DNA from: Pirellulales bacterium
GTDB taxonomy: Bacteria > Planctomycetota > Planctomycetia > Pirellulales > DATAWG01
Length of the DNA stretch: 64,000 bases
Assembly (NCBI GenBank): GCA_036267355.1
Contig: DATAWG010000122.1
Location: 13,671 to 77,670 of the forward strand
Direction of reading: 5' to 3'
Positions within the stretch are counted from its first letter, which is position 1; the number at the start of each line of letters is the position of its first letter. Shown piece after piece: positions 34,548 through 42,920 of the stretch. The position numbers were made by a program, and so were the translations under genes. The notes beneath the pieces were generated by a model. That model saw only the letters and a program-made list of their open reading frames with translations, was not told the DNA's origin and searched no databases.

Positions 34548-34636
34548 CCCACTACCCACTACCCACTAACACTAACCACTACCACCACCCACTACCCACT
34601 AACCACTAACCACTAACCACTAACCACTAACCACTG
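34548..34636. repeat. Heptanucleotide microsatellite (CCCACTA / AACCACT units, about 12 units)
   Basis: CCCACTA x3 from 34548, a degenerate middle, then five perfect AACCACT units at 34601-34635. Lies in the divergent intergenic region between 34362(-) and 34729(+). Confidence 0.9.
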
Positions 34637-34651
34637 ATTTTTTTCGCTTGA

Positions 34652-34681
34652 TTGACATTCGCTCGAACGAATTTGTACGAT
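34652..34681 (+). promoter_or_regulatory. Sigma-70-like promoter (TTGACA - 18 nt - TACGAT) for the 34729 gene
   Basis: TTGACA at 34652-34657 and TACGAT at 34676-34681. GGGAGG lies 8 nt upstream of the ATG at 34729. Confidence 0.45.
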
Positions 34682-34728
34682 GATCGACGGTCTGGGAATC
34701 ACCCGTCTTCATGAGGGAGGCTCGAACC

Positions 34729-35127
34729 ATGCATGTTCTCACGCTCACTCGCGACAAATGGAAGACTTTCAAAGAGAAGAACAATCTTTCCAAGTCGAGT
34801 TTCTTCAGCAAGGCCGACGTCGGGCCGCACATCGACAGCTTTCAAAAAGCCCTCGAAGATTGCAAGAAGAGCCCGGGCCAAAAAAGCCTGATGGCCGCGT
34901 TCAGCAAAGGCGAAACGTTGAACAAGGCCTTCGAAAAATTCATCGGCCTGAAAGAGGCCAAAGACGAACTGAAGCCCGACGCAAAGAAACAACTCGAAAC
35001 GTGGCGCGGCGAACTTTCGGCGATGGTGCAAGGCTTGGCAAAACTTTACAAATCGTCGGAAAAAGATTTGCAAGCCGGCGACACCAAGAATCTCAACTCG
35101 CAACTCGATCAGTTCGTGTTCAAATAG
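34729..35127 (+). CDS. Lys-rich helical hypothetical protein (132 aa)
   Basis: Track ORF 34711..35127; the ATG at 34729 has a good SD. Visibly lower GC. Sequence MHVLTLTRDKWKTFKEKNNLSKSSFF... Confidence 0.6.
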   Translation: MHVLTLTRDKWKTFKEKNNLSKSSFFSKADVGPHIDSFQKALEDCKKSPGQKSLMAAFSKGETLNKAFEKFIGLKEAKDELKPDAKKQLETWRGELSAMVQGLAKLYKSSEKDLQAGDTKNLNSQLDQFVFK

Positions 35128-35439
35128 GGCCGCTACACTGAATTGGCGCGCCTGAAACGAAAAACGCCTTCTCGCTGGCCGCGGCACGTTGCCCCGCGTT
35201 GCCGGCCCGGTTTCCGGCTGGGTCAGTTCACCGATCAATCGACCGTGGAGATCCGGAGCCAGTTTGGCGAGTCGGTTCCCTTCGTCAAGAAGCCCGACAG
35301 GAACTCAGACGGGAAGCCCTCGTTGTTCGAAGTCGTTTCGGGCGAACATGCGGTTTACAAACGGATCGCGGCAGGCTTCGCTTTGCCGACGAACCGCCAA
35401 CCCATACGGGCCGGCCCATTTTGCGCCGCACGCAACGGA

Positions 35440-35463
35440 GTCAGGCTGGAAAGCCTGACCTAC
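35440..35463. repeat. Small REP hairpin GTCAGGCT-GGAA-AGCCTGAC-CTAC
   Basis: Perfect 8-bp stem. An identical 24-mer occurs at 56048-56071. Confidence 0.85.
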
Positions 35464-35480
35464 GGCCGGCAGCGCTGTTA

Positions 35481-36605
35481 TCAATGCTTCGCCTTCGAAT
35501 TGGCGAGCGAGATCAGGCAGTAGGCGGTGACCAGATTTGGGTTGCCTTCCAGCCAGCGGTGGCTGGAATTGACCCACGAGCCGTCGGGCTTTTGGCGCTT
35601 GGCGATGGCTTCGAGCAGCTCGTGGCGCCAATTGTGGGAGCGGCCTTCGGCGTCGACGATTTCGTCTTGGCCCAACGCGGCAAGCGCTTTCGAGAACGTG
35701 TTGTAGTAGTAGAACAATCCGGCTTCGCGTTCGGGCATGCCGGGGTTGGCATCGAGCGTGTAGTTTTTCTTCACCCAGCCGACCGCCGCCTTGACGCGCG
35801 GATCGTCGGCCTTCACGCCGGCGTAGATCATGCTCTTCAGGCCGGTGTAGGTCATCGAGCCGTAGCTGCGCAGGCCGCCATCCGCGGTGGTTCCGGCTTC
35901 GCTGCCCCCTTCGACCGTCGGGGTGTAGTAAAAGCCGCCGTCGGGATTCTTGGCGGCGTAGGGCGTGGTGTTGGCCGGCGATTCGAAATTCTGGCAGCGC
36001 GACACGAACACCAAAGCCCGCTTGACGGCTTCGTCGTTCGGGCCGTTGCCCGCCGCCTTCAGGGCATCCATGAAGAAGCCGGTGTTCGAGAGGTCGGGCC
36101 GTTTGTGCTTGCCGTAGCCGGCGCCGCCGTATTTCACATCCGATTCTTCACCGCCCCATTGAATGCCGTTCAAAAACTTGTCGGCGTTCTTCAAGAGCGT
36201 CGTGTAGCGGCCGTCGCCGTTGGCGTCGGTGAACGCCAGCACGGCCAGCGATGTTTCATAATTCTTGACCGGCGAGTCGGGCGAATAGATGCCGCCATCC
36301 GAATGAACGAACGTTTTGATCCATTTTAGGCTCTTGGCCACGGCCGGATCGTCGGGCGAGCGTCCTTGCCGCAGCAAGGCATCGGTGCAAATCGAGGCCA
36401 TGCCGGGGCCAAGATCCTTGCCGTAGGAACCATCTTCTTGCACGCCCTTGGTAATGAGATATTCGACGCCCCGATCGACGGTTTGCTGATAGAGCTTTGC
36501 GTCCGACTCGGCCGGCGCGGCGGTATCTGCGGCGTGAGCCAAGCCTCCGACGGTTGCGCTCAAAGTGAAAATGCCCAAGGCGGCCAATAGCTTGCGGCGG
36601 ACCAT
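35481..36605 (-). CDS. Secreted prenyltransferase/squalene-oxidase-repeat (terpenoid cyclase-like alpha-alpha toroid) protein
   Basis: Signal peptide MVRRKLLAALGIFTLSATVGGLAHA. Repeated ..DGS(W/Y)G.. and ..DGGF.. motifs (QEDGSYGK, SDGGIYSP, NPDGGFYYT, KPDGSWVN) typical of this repeat family. Confidence 0.8.
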   Translation of the reverse strand: MVRRKLLAALGIFTLSATVGGLAHAADTAAPAESDAKLYQQTVDRGVEYLITKGVQEDGSYGKDLGPGMASICTDALLRQGRSPDDPAVAKSLKWIKTFVHSDGGIYSPDSPVKNYETSLAVLAFTDANGDGRYTTLLKNADKFLNGIQWGGEESDVKYGGAGYGKHKRPDLSNTGFFMDALKAAGNGPNDEAVKRALVFVSRCQNFESPANTTPYAAKNPDGGFYYTPTVEGGSEAGTTADGGLRSYGSMTYTGLKSMIYAGVKADDPRVKAAVGWVKKNYTLDANPGMPEREAGLFYYYNTFSKALAALGQDEIVDAEGRSHNWRHELLEAIAKRQKPDGSWVNSSHRWLEGNPNLVTAYCLISLANSKAKH

Positions 36606-36932
36606 GTTTCAAACTCCTTCAATTCGAGTGCTGCGGGCGAGTTCGGCGGGATCGAAAACTCGCGGACGTTGCAATAAATATGCCGTTGCTGATTACCGCG
36701 TGGCCGTGAAGAAATCCACAAGCTCTTCGGGAAACGGGTGGCAATGCAATCGAGCAAATGCCGAAAAATTCGCCGCGCGTGGCCAAAAAACCGCCGGGGC
36801 GGCGATTCTGGCGGCTCCGGAATTGCCCGGACAGGGAACTAAAGACCGCGCCCAATTCTACGTCAGCCTGGGGCGGCGTCAATCGAACGGTTCGAAAGGC
36901 CCGCATGACGTAAAGTCGCGATTTCAGCCGAG

Positions 36933-37205
36933 TTACCTTGCCCGCAGCAGTGCCATGACGGCGAGGCACACGAGCCAAAAGACGAATGCGGCAAAGCTGA
37001 TGGCGAACAGCATTTTTTGCCGCCGAGTCGGCGGCGACGGCGGCGATTCGGTCGGTAGCGGTTCGTCGGCAGAAGGCTTCGCCGCCGGCGAATTGCGAAC
37101 TGTGTTTCGCGGCGGATTACGGGTCGAGGCAGTTTCGCGGCCCGGGTCGTCCGGATCATTTTTCCGGGGCGCAGGCCGCGGCTTTCGTTGCTTCGGCCTA
37201 GCCAT
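36933..37205 (-). CDS. Small basic/Pro-rich protein with a C-terminal TM anchor (90 aa)
   Basis: Internal ATG (MARPKQRKPRP) overlaps the upstream stop by 8 nt (ATGGCTAG). C-terminal MLFAISFAAFVFWLVCLAVMALL. Confidence 0.45.
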   Translation of the reverse strand: MARPKQRKPRPAPRKNDPDDPGRETASTRNPPRNTVRNSPAAKPSADEPLPTESPPSPPTRRQKMLFAISFAAFVFWLVCLAVMALLRAR

Positions 37206-37662
37206 TCTCCTCCTCCGATGAGTCGGGCCGAAAATGGAACGATTTGCGGAAGGCGGTGTCGAAATCGTAGACGTCGTCAAAATCTTCGAGCCGATCTTCG
37301 CGCGTCTTTTTCATCCGCTTGATTTCGATCAGGTTGAACACGATGTTGCCGAAATCGCGAGTCGTGTAAATGCCCCAGCTATTCAGCACTGATTTCGCCA
37401 GATAGCCGAATTCCTCGACGGCATATTGGCGAATTGCTTCGCATAGCTCCTGGCCGGTCAAATGCCGCTCGGCCTGGCCACCCTCTTCCGGCGTCGGGAT
37501 TGGGGGCTGATCCTCTTCGTCGGAAAGCTTGTGCCGGCCCATTCCCAGCGCTTCGTGTGCATAGCCCAGCGCTTCTTCCACGAACGCATAGGCATCGAGC
37601 CGATAGCGGCGGTCGCGATTCAAGAGCTGGGCCAGCGGATGGGTGGGGTCGAGCATCGACAT
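37198..37662 (-). CDS. Minf_1886 / TIGR04138-family protein (Planctomycetes-Verrucomicrobia conserved)
   Basis: RYRLDAYAFVEEALGYAHE...HLTGQELCEAIRQYAVEEFGYLAKSVLNSWGIYTTRDFGNIVFNLIEIKRMKKTREDRLEDF matches my recollection of this family's signature. Confidence 0.7.
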   Translation of the reverse strand: MSMLDPTHPLAQLLNRDRRYRLDAYAFVEEALGYAHEALGMGRHKLSDEEDQPPIPTPEEGGQAERHLTGQELCEAIRQYAVEEFGYLAKSVLNSWGIYTTRDFGNIVFNLIEIKRMKKTREDRLEDFDDVYDFDTAFRKSFHFRPDSSEEENG

Positions 37663-37763
37663 CGTTTAGCAAGCCGCCGTTTGTTTGGGATTGGCTGGGC
37701 GACAAACAGTATTTAATTCGACGCGCGAAACCGCAAGCGAGCCGCAAGCCTCGGTCGCCGAAG

Positions 37764-37836
37764 GAACCCCTCAGCCTGCCCTCTCCCGCAAGGGGAGAGG
37801 GGTTCTGTGGAGAAGTTATTTTTCGGCCGAGCCTTA
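37764..37836. repeat. REP-like element, 'CCTCTCCC-GCAA-GGGGAGAGG' hairpin plus conserved tail GGAAGTTATTxTTCGGCCGAGC
   Basis: GAACCCCTCAGCCTGCCCTCTCCCGCAAGGGGAGAGGGGTTC, then the tail. A homologous copy lies at 55771-55843 with the hairpin module inverted. A related hairpin is at 44891-44914. Confidence 0.75.
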
Positions 37837-38664
37837 ACCACCGTGCTCGACGGCGCCGCGGTTCAACACCGTCAACACATCGGCAGCGGGGATCAACACG
37901 CGCCGATGATCTTCCGTCTCCACGAGCAATTGCCGGGCAAGAATCTCATGGGCCAGCACCCGGCTCCGGCCGGTTTGCGTCAACACGTCCGAGCCGACCG
38001 GCGGCAAATCCTTCTGCAATTGCTCATAGGTATCGTATTCGTATCGCAGGCAACATTTCAACCGCCCGCACCGGCCGGAAATTTTTGTCGGATCGAGCGT
38101 CGCCTTCTGCAATTTCGCCATTTTCATCGAAACAGGGGGCATTTCGTTGAGATGCGTGTTGCAGCACACCGGCTTGCCGCAGTCGCCGTAGTCGGCCAAC
38201 AGCTTCGCTTCATCGCGGACGCCGATTTGCCGCATTTCAATGCGTGTCTGAAATTCGGCCGCCAGCAGCCGGACCAACTCACGAAAATCGACCCGATTCT
38301 CGGCCAGGTAATAAATGACGATCCGCTCGCCGCCGAAAATGTGCTCGATGTCCACCAGCTGCATCGGCAGGGTCAATTGCTCGATCAGCCGCAGACACGA
38401 TTCGTATTCGGCACGCTGTTGGGCGATGATCCGCGATTGCTCGAGCACGTCGGCCGGGGTCATCGCTCGGAGCACTTGGCCCGAGGTCGGATTGGTGAGC
38501 TGCTTGACGGCCTCGGGCGTCGCCTCGCAAAGCACGATGCCCGTCTCGAGGCCGCGATCGGTGCGGGCGACAACCTGCGTGCCGCGGCTAGACGGGGCGT
38601 CGTCTCGGGCATTCATCACACCCAAATTCCGCATTGCCCCGTATCGAACAACGTATTTCGGCAT
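37834..38664 (-). CDS. PSP1 domain protein (YaaT/RicT-like)
   Basis: ERIVIYYLAENRVDFRELVRLLAAEFQTRIEMRQIGVRDEAKLLADYGDCGKPVCCNTHL...GRCGRLKCCLRYE is a classic PSP1 C-terminal signature. Confidence 0.85.
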   Translation of the reverse strand: MPKYVVRYGAMRNLGVMNARDDAPSSRGTQVVARTDRGLETGIVLCEATPEAVKQLTNPTSGQVLRAMTPADVLEQSRIIAQQRAEYESCLRLIEQLTLPMQLVDIEHIFGGERIVIYYLAENRVDFRELVRLLAAEFQTRIEMRQIGVRDEAKLLADYGDCGKPVCCNTHLNEMPPVSMKMAKLQKATLDPTKISGRCGRLKCCLRYEYDTYEQLQKDLPPVGSDVLTQTGRSRVLAHEILARQLLVETEDHRRVLIPAADVLTVLNRGAVEHGG

Positions 38665-38668
38665 CGAG

Positions 38669-38704
38669 GAAGGGCGGGGTGAGGGGCGAGGGGCGAGGGG
38701 CGAG
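38669..38704. repeat. G-rich heptad tract (GGGGCGA-type x4)
   Basis: GGAAGGGCGGGGTGAGGGGCGAGGGGCGAGGGGCGAG, immediately upstream of the PSP1 start codon (it reads C-rich on the coding strand). Confidence 0.85.
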
Positions 38705-38804
38705 TAAGACGGTCAAGCGCTTCTGTAAAGTTTTAGGTAGGTCGATCGCACGAGTATAGAGGAAAAACGGTGCATTCGGCCAGTGGCCGCCATGCTCTGC
38801 CTTT

Positions 38805-38850
38805 CCTCGCCCCGCGCCCCGCGCCCCTCGCCCCGCGCCCCGCGCCCCTC
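38805..38850. repeat. C-rich heptad tract (21-bp unit CCTCGCCCCGCGCCCCGCGCC x2.2), inverted relative to 38669-38704
   Basis: Read directly. It is followed by TATATT (38851-38856) and the xseA ATG at 38865. Confidence 0.85.
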
Positions 38851-38864
38851 TATATTGTTTCCGC

Positions 38865-40154
38865 ATGGACGCAGCCGCTACACAACTCGATCGCCCGCAG
38901 TTGCCGCCGGTGCTGACGGTTTCGGCTCTCACGCTTTTGATCAAGGAGGTCGTCGAAGGGAGTTTTCCGCTGGTCTGGGTCAGCGGCGAAATTTCCAATT
39001 TCTCGCGCCCGCAATCCGGACACTGCTATCTCACGCTCAAAGACGATCAGGCCCAGATCCGGGCCGTCATTTGGCGCGGCACTGCCGCCACGATCCGCTG
39101 CGATTTGCACGATGGGCTCGAAGTGATCTGCCGCGGGCATTTGGACCTCTATGCCCCCCGCGGCAGCTACCAGCTTGTCGTCGACGAGCTGCAGCCGAAG
39201 GGGCTCGGAGCACTGGAGCAGGCGCTGCGCCGGCTGCGAGAAAAGCTGGCGGCAGAAGGGCTTTTTGAGCGGGGCCGAAAGCGGCCAATTCCCGCCTTTC
39301 CACGCCGCATCGCCGTTGTCACTAGCCCCACCGGCGCCGCGATCCGCGATTTTCTGCAAGTGCTCGGCCGCCGCTGGCGAGGCTGCGATGTGCTGGTCGT
39401 GCCCGTGCGCGTGCAAGGAGTCGGATCGGCCGACGAAATCGCGCGGGCGATCGCGACCGTGAATCGGCTGCTGACGCCCATCGACGTGCTCGTCGTGGCT
39501 CGCGGCGGCGGGAGTTTGGAAGACCTGTGGGCGTTTAACGAAGAAGCGGTGGTGCGGGCGATCGCTGGCTCGCGGATTCCGGTCGTGTCGGGCGTGGGGC
39601 ATGAAATCGATGTCACCTTGGCCGATTTGGTGGCCGACCTGCGGGCGCTGACGCCCAGTGAGGCCGCCGAGCGCGTCGTGCCGGCGATCGACGACATTCG
39701 GGCCAAGCTTCGCTCTCGGCAACAGCAAATGGTCGCCGCGCTGCGCAATCGCGTCGGCAATGAGCGCCGGCGGCTCGAATCGCTCGCCGATCGGCGTGTC
39801 GTGCGGAAGCCGTTTGACCGCTTGCACGAATTGGGGCAACAATTGGACCAGTGGTCGGCGCGGTCCGAACGAGCCATCCGGCAGCGTTTGGCACAAGCCC
39901 GGCAATGCGCGACGGGAATGTCGGCGCGGCTGGAATCGCTCAGTCCACTTGGAGTGTTATCGCGCGGTTACACATTGACGACGCGGCTCGATGGCCGGCT
40001 GATCGCCGCCAGCGAGGAATTGTCGGTGGGGGATCAAATTCAGACTCGTTTCGCCCGCGGGCAGGTGATCAGCCGGGTCGAAAGCGTCGGAAATGCGGAC
40101 GGCGCGGGCGCCGCAACGGCGGATTCGCAAGATTGGCAAAATAGCAAGAGTTGA
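38865..40154 (+). CDS. xseA: Exodeoxyribonuclease VII large subunit
   Basis: LTVSALTLLIKEVVEGSFPLVWVSGEISNFSRPQSGHCYLTLKDDQAQIRAVIW (OB fold)...IAVVTSPTGAAIRDFL...VVARGGGSLEDLWAFNEE...PVVSGVGHEID.TLADLVAD.RA.TPS. Confidence 0.9.
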   Translation: MDAAATQLDRPQLPPVLTVSALTLLIKEVVEGSFPLVWVSGEISNFSRPQSGHCYLTLKDDQAQIRAVIWRGTAATIRCDLHDGLEVICRGHLDLYAPRGSYQLVVDELQPKGLGALEQALRRLREKLAAEGLFERGRKRPIPAFPRRIAVVTSPTGAAIRDFLQVLGRRWRGCDVLVVPVRVQGVGSADEIARAIATVNRLLTPIDVLVVARGGGSLEDLWAFNEEAVVRAIAGSRIPVVSGVGHEIDVTLADLVADLRALTPSEAAERVVPAIDDIRAKLRSRQQQMVAALRNRVGNERRRLESLADRRVVRKPFDRLHELGQQLDQWSARSERAIRQRLAQARQCATGMSARLESLSPLGVLSRGYTLTTRLDGRLIAASEELSVGDQIQTRFARGQVISRVESVGNADGAGAATADSQDWQNSKS

Positions 40155-40156
40155 AC

Positions 40157-40663
40157 ATGACAACTGACGACGAACAGCTTGCCGCAACAGCGGCCCCGCC
40201 AACCGCTCCGCCCGATTTTGAGAGCGCCCTCGCTCGGATGGAGGCGATCGTTTACGAATTGGAAGAGGGCCGGGTTGGATTGGCCGAAGCACTCGCCCGC
40301 TATGAAGAGGGGGTAGGTCTGTTGCGACAGTGCTTTGCACTCCTGGAAACGGCCGAACGGCGGATCGAACTGCTTACGGGCGTCGATGCGGCCGGTAATC
40401 CCGTGGTCGAGCCCTACGACGACACGGCGTCGGCCGATCAAGCCGAGCAAGGCACTCGCCGCAGCCGGCAGCGCAGCGCCGGATCGTCAAAGCCGGCCAA
40501 GGCTTCGCGGGCTCCGGCGCAGCAGGCCGCAGCCTCGCAGGCCATCGAAACACCTTCGGCAACGGATTCATCGATTCCACCCGAGCAATCGTCCCGCAGC
40601 GCGTGCGATCCCGACGCGCCGCCCGGCCCCAGCAAGATAGACTCGCCCGGCCGGCTGTTTTAG
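40157..40663 (+). CDS. xseB: Exodeoxyribonuclease VII small subunit with a long low-complexity C-terminal tail
   Basis: FESALARMEAIVYELEEGRVGLAEALARYEEGVGLLRQCFALLETAERRIELL. The track start is TTG at 40151 (overlapping the xseA stop); an in-frame ATG is at 40157. Confidence 0.85.
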   Translation: MTTDDEQLAATAAPPTAPPDFESALARMEAIVYELEEGRVGLAEALARYEEGVGLLRQCFALLETAERRIELLTGVDAAGNPVVEPYDDTASADQAEQGTRRSRQRSAGSSKPAKASRAPAQQAAASQAIETPSATDSSIPPEQSSRSACDPDAPPGPSKIDSPGRLF

Positions 40664-40681
40664 AATGGAAAATACGATTGG

Positions 40682-41035
40682 ATGCCCAACCTATTTCATT
40701 ACACAGATAGGCGCGGCTGGAATGGGATCCGGGCTCACTCGGCGTGGCGATTCCGGGCGAGCCAACCGAGGGCATCCTGGTGCCCATGCGGCGCGTGTTT
40801 TACGGGGATCGAACCGAGCGCGGCAAACCTACGAACATTAGCCATGCGGATTCGTGTGCCGAAGTCCAAGCTGCGTTATGTGTTTTGGTTCGTTGGAACC
40901 GAGGGACTAGCACCTGTCGAAAATCGCCGCGGGCGCGACAACCAATGCTACTACAGCCCAACGGATTATTCGGTTTCGGGGGAGCGGCAGTGGCGCACCG
41001 GCACTTTTGCCGAGTTGCAAGGAGACTTTGGATGA
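40682..41035 (+). CDS. Small protein A of the three-gene cassette (117 aa); tentative HYD1-type ADP-ribosyltransferase-like N-terminus
   Basis: MPNLFHYTDRRGWNGIRAHS...CGACFTGIEPS...KLRYVFWFVG resembles the (L/F)(Y/H)HYT...G.Y.T...yvf pattern of Tox-ART-HYD1 proteins, with the expected Tyr replaced by Cys. Its stop overlaps the next ATG (ATGA at 41032-41035). Confidence 0.5.
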   Translation: MPNLFHYTDRRGWNGIRAHSAWRFRASQPRASWCPCGACFTGIEPSAANLRTLAMRIRVPKSKLRYVFWFVGTEGLAPVENRRGRDNQCYYSPTDYSVSGERQWRTGTFAELQGDFG

Positions 41036-41418
41036 TTGGCGGAATCGACCTAGAGCTACCGACATGGGCTGGCGATTCTACGCTTGAACGCGCTGTTGAA
41101 GCCACCCGGCAGCTTTGGCCAGATGCCGTATTCCAGGAGGTGCTGACGGGTGATCGTTACGACACGTTCGACCAGATGCCATTTGGCGGGAAGAGACAAA
41201 TTTTCGTTTACAGAGACGTGAAGGCGGCTGATCGATGGGAGGCGATGGGTGCGGTCCCATCCTTATATAATACGATGGTTCATTTAATTACCGACCCTGG
41301 ATTCATAACGATTGTCGTCGACGAGGAAAATGAGTTCACGCGGCAAATGATCAATGCGATCTCCACTGCTCTTCGCGACGACCTTTTTTGCGCAGTTGCG
41401 CTCGCGGAGGCAGCATGA
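41032..41418 (+). CDS. Small protein B of the three-gene cassette (128 aa), unknown function
   Basis: Internal ATG (MIGGIDLELPTW) of track ORF 40744..41418; the upstream part of that ORF looks non-coding. ATGA coupling at both ends. Confidence 0.5.
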   Translation: MIGGIDLELPTWAGDSTLERAVEATRQLWPDAVFQEVLTGDRYDTFDQMPFGGKRQIFVYRDVKAADRWEAMGAVPSLYNTMVHLITDPGFITIVVDEENEFTRQMINAISTALRDDLFCAVALAEAA

Positions 41419-41912
41419 ACGCGCCGACCGCACTCACGCTGGAAGACGCCATCCGAAGGTCAGGCGAGGGCTGGATCATCGACTCGTTTGCCCCGAAAGG
41501 GTCCGGCTACAACTACGTTCTTGGGACGCTACAAAGGGTTAGCGAGCTTGCGACTTCACGATTGGGGACGTCCGCGCCCGATCTCTCGCCGCAGGCAGTC
41601 GTTGATGAATTCGAGCGTAATCCTTCCCGGGTGCGTGGGTTCTTCCAGATTCTCGGCGGCTCCAGAACTCCCAAAATGCTACTCATGGTTTGGCGAGTCA
41701 TGCAAGGCATGGAGATCGACGAAGTCGAATTGAATTATCGACGGCAGAAGCAATTTCACGTGCGAATTGTGCTGGTGTCGCCCCACGGGGAGGAAGACGT
41801 GCCCTATGAATCGTCCGACATCAATGACTTCGCGATTTTTTGGCACATCGGCACATTGCAAATCAACAATCGACCTGTCTTCGACGGTTTCTATCCCTTG
41901 CGGGTGTCTTAA
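41415..41912 (+). CDS. Small protein C of the three-gene cassette (165 aa), unknown function
   Basis: Internal ATG (MNAPTALTLEDAI) of track ORF 41388..41912. ATGA overlap at 41415-41418. Confidence 0.5.
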   Translation: MNAPTALTLEDAIRRSGEGWIIDSFAPKGSGYNYVLGTLQRVSELATSRLGTSAPDLSPQAVVDEFERNPSRVRGFFQILGGSRTPKMLLMVWRVMQGMEIDEVELNYRRQKQFHVRIVLVSPHGEEDVPYESSDINDFAIFWHIGTLQINNRPVFDGFYPLRVS

Positions 41913-41966
41913 CGAGCGGGTGGAGCGTTTTCTCGATGGAAGGTCGGCGGCGAGAGGGGGCGTTGT

Positions 41967-42920
41967 TTGAAGTTTTCCACAGCGCAATCCACCGCTCTCT
42001 CGCTCCCGTTCGCGCTCGCTGAATCGCGGCGGCGGATCGATGCGGCTCTCGATCAATATAGCCGGTTCGATGCCGGCTGCCCCGAACGGCTTGGCGAAGC
42101 GATCCGCTATTGTCTGTTGGCTCCCGGCAAGCGGCTGCGGCCGACGCTCGTGTTATGGGCGGCAGAGGCTTGCGGTTGCAGTGTGGAGGCAGCACTGCCG
42201 GCCGCGTGCGCGGTGGAAATGGTTCACACCTATTCGCTCGTGCACGACGATTTGCCGGCCATGGACGACGACGATCTCCGTCGAGGACGTGCCACATGCC
42301 ACAAAGTCTACGGCGAGGCCAACGCGATTCTGGTCGGCGACGCGCTACAAGCCCTGGCGTTCGAAGTGCTCGCGGCGGGCATTCGCCCCGCGGAGAAGGC
42401 CGTCGCTTGCATCGCGACGTTGGCCCATGCCGCCGGGGCCACCGCCCTGGTCGGCGGGCAGGCCGACGATCTGGCCCGGCAAACGGCGGAAAACGATCTG
42501 CCGCCGCGAGATCGGCCGCAGCGAGATCGGCCCTCGCTCGATCTGGCCGCGCTGGAATCGATCCACGAGCGGAAAACCGGCGCGATGTTTCACGCCTCGC
42601 TGCGATTGGGCGGATTGATCGCCGCGGCCGATCCGCGGCGGCAGGCAGCCCTGGAAGCATTCGGCCGGAAGCTCGGCCTGGCCTTTCAAATCATCGACGA
42701 TCTTCTCGACGTCGAAGGGGAAGAAGCGGCGGTGGGCAAGCGGCTCGGCAAAGACTCGAACCGCGGAAAGCTGACATTTCCGGCCGTGTTGGGCCTCGAC
42801 GAAAGCCGGCGCTACGCCCGGCAGACGATCGACGAAGCGGTCGCCGCTCTCGCGCCGCTCGCGCCGGCCGACGAGCGATTGGCAAGCATGGCACGATTCG
42901 TCCTGGAAAGGAATCAATGA
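41967..42920 (+). CDS. ispA: Polyprenyl (farnesyl/geranylgeranyl) diphosphate synthase
   Basis: First DDxxD motif in VHTYSLVHDDLPAMDDDDLRRGRATCHKVYGE. Second motif in GLAFQIIDDLLDV. TTG start (no upstream ATG). Confidence 0.85.
   Translation: MKFSTAQSTALSLPFALAESRRRIDAALDQYSRFDAGCPERLGEAIRYCLLAPGKRLRPTLVLWAAEACGCSVEAALPAACAVEMVHTYSLVHDDLPAMDDDDLRRGRATCHKVYGEANAILVGDALQALAFEVLAAGIRPAEKAVACIATLAHAAGATALVGGQADDLARQTAENDLPPRDRPQRDRPSLDLAALESIHERKTGAMFHASLRLGGLIAAADPRRQAALEAFGRKLGLAFQIIDDLLDVEGEEAAVGKRLGKDSNRGKLTFPAVLGLDESRRYARQTIDEAVAALAPLAPADERLASMARFVLERNQ

Noticed and set aside
35199-36329. 376-aa plus-strand ORF
   Set aside because: It is antisense to the prenyltransferase-repeat gene, which has a signal peptide and repeated DGxW/Y motifs.
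36785-36806. Possible intrinsic terminator (CCGCC-CC-GGCGG followed by T6 on the minus strand)
   Set aside because: The stem is only 4-5 bp with a 2-4 nt loop, which is too weak to call confidently even with the T-run.
42110-42916. N-terminal 269-aa extension of the dxs ORF (track 42110..44857)
   Set aside because: It overlaps ispA in another frame and is Arg/Gly-rich. The ATG at 42917 overlaps the ispA stop (ATGA) and yields a canonical Dxs N-terminus.
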